From the NCBI GenBank assembly GCA_964576705.1, contig CAZNVI010000002.1:1-58885 (forward strand): 58,885 bases of DNA, written 5' to 3'. Of this stretch, positions 55,064 through 58,885 are shown one piece after another. Position 1 is the first letter of the stretch. Each line of letters starts with the position of its first letter. The translations under genes were made by a program, and so were the position numbers. The notes under the pieces were generated by a model. It saw nothing but the letters and a program-made list of their open reading frames with translations. It was not told the DNA's origin and made no database searches. This DNA comes from an uncultured Gammaproteobacteria bacterium (GTDB taxonomy: Bacteria; Patescibacteriota; Microgenomatia; Levybacterales; UBA12049).

Positions 55064-55407
55064 TTTATGGTAGATCCGTTGGGTGTTTCTGATTGTGGCA
55101 TAAGCAATATAGGTTTATTTGATTCATCAGCTGACATAATGTCTGCTGCCAGAATCATACCTTCTGATTCTTCGCCCATCAGTTTTCGAGGTGCAAGGTT
55201 TATGATAAAAATAAATTGTTTGCCTTTAAGTTCTGACGGGTTATACCATTTCGCAATACCGCTTAAGATGTTTCTTGTTCCTTCTGTCCCAAAATCTACT
55301 GTTAATCTGAGTAGTTTTTCTGAACCTTCTTTATTCTCGCATCCAAGTATTGTACCTACGCGCAAATCTAGCTTCTGAAAATCCTCAAAATTTATAATTG
55401 GCTTCAT
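55060..55407 (-). CDS. csaA: tRNA-binding domain protein (CsaA/Trbp111-like)
   Basis: Start moved to the ATG at the complement of 55405-55407. MKPIINFEDFQKLDLRVGTILGCE...KLLRLTVDFG...ILSGIAKWYNPSELKGKQFIFIINLAPRKLMGEESEGMILAA is the classic EMAP/CsaA fold signature. Confidence 0.75.
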   Translation of the reverse strand: MKPIINFEDFQKLDLRVGTILGCENKEGSEKLLRLTVDFGTEGTRNILSGIAKWYNPSELKGKQFIFIINLAPRKLMGEESEGMILAADIMSADESNKPILLMPQSETPNGSTIK

Positions 55408-55426
55408 ATTCTGTATTTTAACACAA

Positions 55427-55465
55427 ACCACTTTATACTTTATAATTAATACTTTATACTTTATA
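55427..55465. repeat. Heptanucleotide tandem array (CTTTATA = complement of AAGTATN family) x5 in a divergent intergenic region
   Basis: CTTTATA CTTTATA ATTAATA CTTTATA CTTTATA at 55431-55465. Contains TATAAT at 55441-55446. Ends 2 nt before ATG 55468. Confidence 0.9.
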
Positions 55466-55467
55466 TT

Positions 55468-56043
55468 ATGACTGGACGGACACACGATCTTGCCGCCTTT
55501 ACAGCCTTAACTTACGTGATATCTTCACAGCCACTTGCGGTAATGACTCTCTCAACTGCTTTCGTCGCATTTAGTGCGAATATGATAGGCGGATTGGCTC
55601 CTGACATAGATCAACCGACAGCAGCTTTGTGGAGGAGAATTCGGGCGGGATCGATTATAGGTAGAATAATACACCCCTTACTTGGCGGACATAGGTATAT
55701 TTCACACTCTATAATAGGGATATTTATTTTCGGTTATGTGCTTTCTGTAATTCTCAGTCATCTAGGTAAAGTTTTACTTGTAGATATGGAAATAGTTTGG
55801 TGGGCGTTTATGGTGGGTTTTATTTCGCATCTGATTATGGATATTTTTACTAAAGAAGGAATACCGTTATTATTCCCTGTACCGATTAATTTCGGGCTTC
55901 CGCCTGTTCGTTTTATGAGGATAAAAACATCAGGGGTAGTAGAGAAATCGTTTGTTTTCCCGATGCTTCTATTTATCAATATTTATTTGATTTATACACA
56001 CTATGGTAAATTTTTAGATTTTTTTAAAAATTACTTAAAATAA
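55468..56043 (+). CDS. Membrane-bound metal-dependent hydrolase (YdjM/DUF457-like)
   Basis: MTGRTHDLAAFTAL N-terminus, GGLAPDIDQP, FISHLIMDIFTKEGIPLLFP. About 5 TM helices. Confidence 0.65.
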   Translation: MTGRTHDLAAFTALTYVISSQPLAVMTLSTAFVAFSANMIGGLAPDIDQPTAALWRRIRAGSIIGRIIHPLLGGHRYISHSIIGIFIFGYVLSVILSHLGKVLLVDMEIVWWAFMVGFISHLIMDIFTKEGIPLLFPVPINFGLPPVRFMRIKTSGVVEKSFVFPMLLFINIYLIYTHYGKFLDFFKNYLK

Positions 56044-56046
56044 CCC

Positions 56047-57309
56047 ATGTGGCAAAAAGCTAAAAATTATTATCATTTACTTCAAGCGTTGATAGCTAAT
56101 TCATATTACGGTTTTCCAGGTCGAAAATTAAAGGTAATAGGTGTTACAGGAACAAGCGGAAAAACTACGACTTCACTTTTAATTTATGAAATGCTAAAAG
56201 CTGCCGGACTTAAGGTCTCAGTTCTTTCGAGTATACAGGCGGTGATAGGCGGTAAAGAATACGATACAGGCTTTCACGTAACGACTCCTGATCCACATGT
56301 TTTACCTAAATTCCTTAAACAGGCTTTAAATCATGGTGATACTCATTTTGTGTTGGAGGTTTCTTCGCACGGATTGGATCAAAACAGAGTAGCTTTCGTA
56401 CCTTTTGAAATCGGTGTTTTATCTTCCTTAGCGCATGAGCATTTGGATTACCATAAAACCATGGTTAACTATGCAAAAGCGAAATTTAAGCTGATGCATC
56501 ATTCTAAAACAGCTGTAATACCTGTAAGTGTTTTAGATGAAACGTTGAACAAAGCTTTAAACTATGAAAAGCTTTCTGGTAAATTAGTTACTTTTGGTCT
56601 AAATACAGGAGATGTGACGCAAAAAAAATGGAATTTAAAATTGGAACTGCCCGGTGATTATAATCTAGTGAATGCGCTTGCTGCTGTATGTGTCGGAAAT
56701 AAGTTAGGCATTGATAATGTATTAATTAAAAAATCCCTAGAAAGTTTTAAAGGACTTCCCGGTAGGTTTGAAGAGATTGCTAATGATAGAGGATTAAAAA
56801 TTATTATAGATTTTGCTCATAAGCCGGACGCTTTAGAGTCGGTATTAAGTGTTGCAAATAGATTGGTTACTAAGAATAATAAAGTAATAGTTATGTATGG
56901 ATGCGCAAGCGAGAGGGATGTTTTAAAAAGACCGATTATGGGGGAAATAAGCGGAAGATTAGCAGATATAACTGTACTTACTGATGAGGATCCGAGGAGA
57001 GAGGATTCGATGAAGATTATAAATGAGATTGCAGCAGGATGTGCTTCTGCTGGGGCAGTGGAAAGGCATAGAGTAAGGGGCAATCCGCCAGCTGGCGGAC
57101 AAATATCAGAAAAAAAACATGTTTTTTATAAAATTCCCGATAGGCAGGAGGCGATAGGTTTTATAATTAATACACTTTCAAAAAGAGGAGACATAGTACT
57201 TCTGTGCGGTAAGGGGCATGAAAAATCTATGAATTATAACGGAACAGAGCGTCCATGGAGTGAGCATTCGGAAGTTAAGAAAGCTTTAAAAAATATTCAA
57301 AAAAAATGA
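56047..57309 (+). CDS. murE: Mur ligase, MurE-like (UDP-MurNAc-L-Ala-D-Glu:diamino-acid ligase), lacking the usual N-terminal domain
   Basis: P-loop VIGVTGTSGKTTT lies already at residues ~31-43. LEVSSHGLDQNRV, DFAHKPDAL, TDEDPRREDS (DNPR-like), CGKGHE. Confidence 0.8.
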   Translation: MWQKAKNYYHLLQALIANSYYGFPGRKLKVIGVTGTSGKTTTSLLIYEMLKAAGLKVSVLSSIQAVIGGKEYDTGFHVTTPDPHVLPKFLKQALNHGDTHFVLEVSSHGLDQNRVAFVPFEIGVLSSLAHEHLDYHKTMVNYAKAKFKLMHHSKTAVIPVSVLDETLNKALNYEKLSGKLVTFGLNTGDVTQKKWNLKLELPGDYNLVNALAAVCVGNKLGIDNVLIKKSLESFKGLPGRFEEIANDRGLKIIIDFAHKPDALESVLSVANRLVTKNNKVIVMYGCASERDVLKRPIMGEISGRLADITVLTDEDPRREDSMKIINEIAAGCASAGAVERHRVRGNPPAGGQISEKKHVFYKIPDRQEAIGFIINTLSKRGDIVLLCGKGHEKSMNYNGTERPWSEHSEVKKALKNIQKK

Positions 57310-58826
57310 CAATATCAAATATCCATTTCGTCGGAATTAAAGGTGTAGGTATGACATCTCTTGCAGTAATTTTGAAAGAGTCCGGAATGCGAGTAACCGG
57401 TTCAGATATTTCAGAGCAGTTTATTACAGATGTGACACTTAATAATGCAGGAATCACCATTTTTAACGGATTTTCAAAAGAAAACGTTAATAACGCTGAG
57501 TTAGTGATTTATACCGGTGCGCATGGAGGCTTAGAAAATGTTGAAGTGAAATCAGCGTATGAAAAAGGAATCAGAGTCATTAGTTTCGCAGAGGGTGTGG
57601 GAATGATGATGGACGGGACGCTTTTACAAAAAAAACTTAAAGGGATTTCTATAGCCGGAACCCATGGTAAAACCACCACTACTGCGATGATCGCGACGAT
57701 TTTATCCATGAACGATTTGGATCCGTCATATCTTATCGGCACAAGCGAAATTCCGTCTCTTGGTAATTCAGGTCACTATGGCAAGGGAGAGTATTTCGTG
57801 GTTGAAGCTGATGAATATGCCACAGATCCGAAGTTTGATAAGAGGCCGAAATTCATGTGGCATAAGCCGAGAGTAGTAGTTATCACGAATATCGAACACG
57901 ATCATCCTGATATTTTTCCGACCCTAAATAGCTTCATGGAGGCATTCAGGATTTTCTTAGTAAATTTACCTTCGGATTGTGTAGTTATATTAAATGGAGA
58001 CGATAAACAAGTGCGAAAATTATTACCTGAAGTGAAGAATAGAAAAATTACTTTTGGATTAAATCCGGAGAATGATGTAGTGATAAGCAATTGCCATACT
58101 GAGCTTGATTCAGTATTTACAGAGATCTCGAAACCGATTCGACAACCTCACAGTCAATTAGGTTCTGAGCATATCGGAGGACAAGTCCGGGATGACAGAA
58201 AAAGTTACATTTTTAACTTAAAAACATTCGGATCTAATATGGGTGAATTTAAGATAAATGTGCCTGGTGTTCACAATGTCTTTAATGCCACAGCGTCTGC
58301 AATTGCAAGTCTTGAGACTGGTTTATCAATAGAAGAAGTTAAAAAGGGTCTTGAAAAGTTTCTAGGCTCAAAAAGGAGATTAGAATTTAAAGGTAAAATA
58401 TATAAAGACGCCTTACTGTATGATGATTATGCGCACCACCCCACAGAAATACGAAAGACTCTTAAAGTATTAAAAGAGCTTTATCCTTCTAAAAAAATCA
58501 CTTGTATCTTCCAGCCGCATACATATTCCAGAACTAAAGCTTTGTTTAATGATTTCGCAAGCTCATTTATCGATGCTGACTATGTGATTCTTATTGATGT
58601 TTTTAGTTCTGCTAGAGAGCAGCCTGATTCCAATGTATCCTCCTATTTGCTCTCAGAGGAAATCCAGAAAACTCAAAAAAACGTTCAATTTTTTCCAAAT
58701 ACAGCTGATGTGGTAAAATATCTAACTGACTTTTCTCTAGGTAAAGATGATATTGTGATTACCATGGGAGCAGGAGATGTGTATAAGTTAGGTGAGAGGT
58801 TGCAAGTTCTAAGTTATAAGTTTTAA
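57306..58826 (+). CDS. murC: UDP-N-acetylmuramate--L-alanine ligase
   Basis: IHFVGIKGVGMTSLAVILKESGMRVTGSD, IAGTHGKTTTTAMI, EADEYA, NIEHDHPD, PGVHNVFNA, DDYAHHPTEI. ATGA overlap with murE. Confidence 0.9.
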   Translation: MTISNIHFVGIKGVGMTSLAVILKESGMRVTGSDISEQFITDVTLNNAGITIFNGFSKENVNNAELVIYTGAHGGLENVEVKSAYEKGIRVISFAEGVGMMMDGTLLQKKLKGISIAGTHGKTTTTAMIATILSMNDLDPSYLIGTSEIPSLGNSGHYGKGEYFVVEADEYATDPKFDKRPKFMWHKPRVVVITNIEHDHPDIFPTLNSFMEAFRIFLVNLPSDCVVILNGDDKQVRKLLPEVKNRKITFGLNPENDVVISNCHTELDSVFTEISKPIRQPHSQLGSEHIGGQVRDDRKSYIFNLKTFGSNMGEFKINVPGVHNVFNATASAIASLETGLSIEEVKKGLEKFLGSKRRLEFKGKIYKDALLYDDYAHHPTEIRKTLKVLKELYPSKKITCIFQPHTYSRTKALFNDFASSFIDADYVILIDVFSSAREQPDSNVSSYLLSEEIQKTQKNVQFFPNTADVVKYLTDFSLGKDDIVITMGAGDVYKLGERLQVLSYKF

Positions 58827-58831
58827 GTTGT

Positions 58832-58885
58832 ATGGAGAAATTAATCGTTACAGGAGGCAATAGGCTAAAAGGCACAGTTAGTGTT
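58832..58885 (+). CDS. murA: UDP-N-acetylglucosamine 1-carboxyvinyltransferase, N-terminal fragment (runs off the window)
   Basis: MEKLIVTGGNRLKGTVSV resembles the MurA N-terminus (M.k..v.GG..L.G.v.vsG). Only 18 codons are visible. Confidence 0.55.
   Translation, partial: MEKLIVTGGNRLKGTVSV

Noticed and set aside
32571-55465. The heptamer arrays as CRISPR or other long repeat arrays.
   Set aside because: The units are 7 nt with no spacers, and the arrays are only 21-35 nt long, mostly in frame within genes. No cas genes and no 24-48-nt repeats are visible anywhere in the window.
55408-55485. A 26-codon N-terminal extension of the CsaA-like gene (MCPSSHNIKYKVLIIKYKVVCVKIQN).
   Set aside because: It is the intergenic heptamer array read in frame, and it would overlap the divergent gene's start. 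CsaA-type proteins begin at the M..I..EDF..LDLRVG motif, which here starts at 55407.
1-58885. A diversity-generating retroelement (common in CPR) acting on the surface proteins.
   Set aside because: I found no reverse-transcriptase ORF and no ~100-nt template/variable repeat pair with adenine-specific differences.
1-58885. An alternative genetic code with UGA recoded (Gracilibacteria/Absconditabacteria type).
   Set aside because: Conserved proteins end at TGA at the expected lengths, and many gene junctions are ATGA overlaps. Long ORFs are intact under the standard code.
1-58885. Mobile elements, prophage, and tRNA or rRNA genes.
   Set aside because: No transposase, integrase or phage-like ORFs are present. 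The largest non-coding gaps are 129 nt (8808-8936) and 143 nt (51306-51448), and neither shows tRNA-like structure.

Overview
The window is AT-rich (about one-third G+C by eye) and extremely gene-dense. It reads with the standard genetic code: many 4-nt ATGA stop/start overlaps show that UGA is a stop. The short housekeeping proteins (181-aa RecO, 420-aa MurE) and the DUF4012/DUF5667-like proteins suggest a Patescibacteria/CPR (Microgenomates-like) genome. That assignment is inference only.

Nt 1-48,688 form one very large surface-glycan locus. It contains:
- 6 GT2 genes (one partial);
- 7 intact GT4 genes plus one N-domain-only fragment;
- about 10 large polytopic GT-C-like membrane proteins;
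- 2 polyprenyl-phosphate-sugar synthase-like GT2s (counted among the 6 GT2s);
- a Wzx-like flippase, a Wzy_C-like domain fused to a PMT/TMTC-like domain, and a PglC-type initiating phosphoglycosyltransferase;
- a DUF4012 protein, a SAM methyltransferase and a hexapeptide acetyltransferase;
- an Asp-box (BNR-like) protein;
- 7 nucleotide-sugar enzymes, including a WecE-WecD-like aminotransferase/acetyltransferase fusion.

Only one gene in this locus is on the minus strand. It is a diverged paralogue of the gene it faces.

Nt 48,692-58,885 are housekeeping genes: recO, glyQS, a hypothetical gene, then mraZ-rsmH-ftsL-ftsI. The division/cell-wall (dcw) cluster is then interrupted by a two-gene antisense cassette and a YdjM-like hydrolase, and continues murE-murC-murA(partial).

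Some structure is not explained by the genes:
- short imperfect heptanucleotide tandem arrays, (AAGTATN)n at five loci, TTCARAA at two and AAAGGGY at one, sit inside coding loops and in one divergent promoter;
- a GC-rich palindromic micro-insertion is shared by two unrelated genes;
- an 11-bp inverted repeat plus 10-bp-phased direct repeats lie in the mraZ promoter.

No rRNA, tRNA, CRISPR array or mobile-element gene was seen. All family calls rest on motifs recalled from memory, not on searches.
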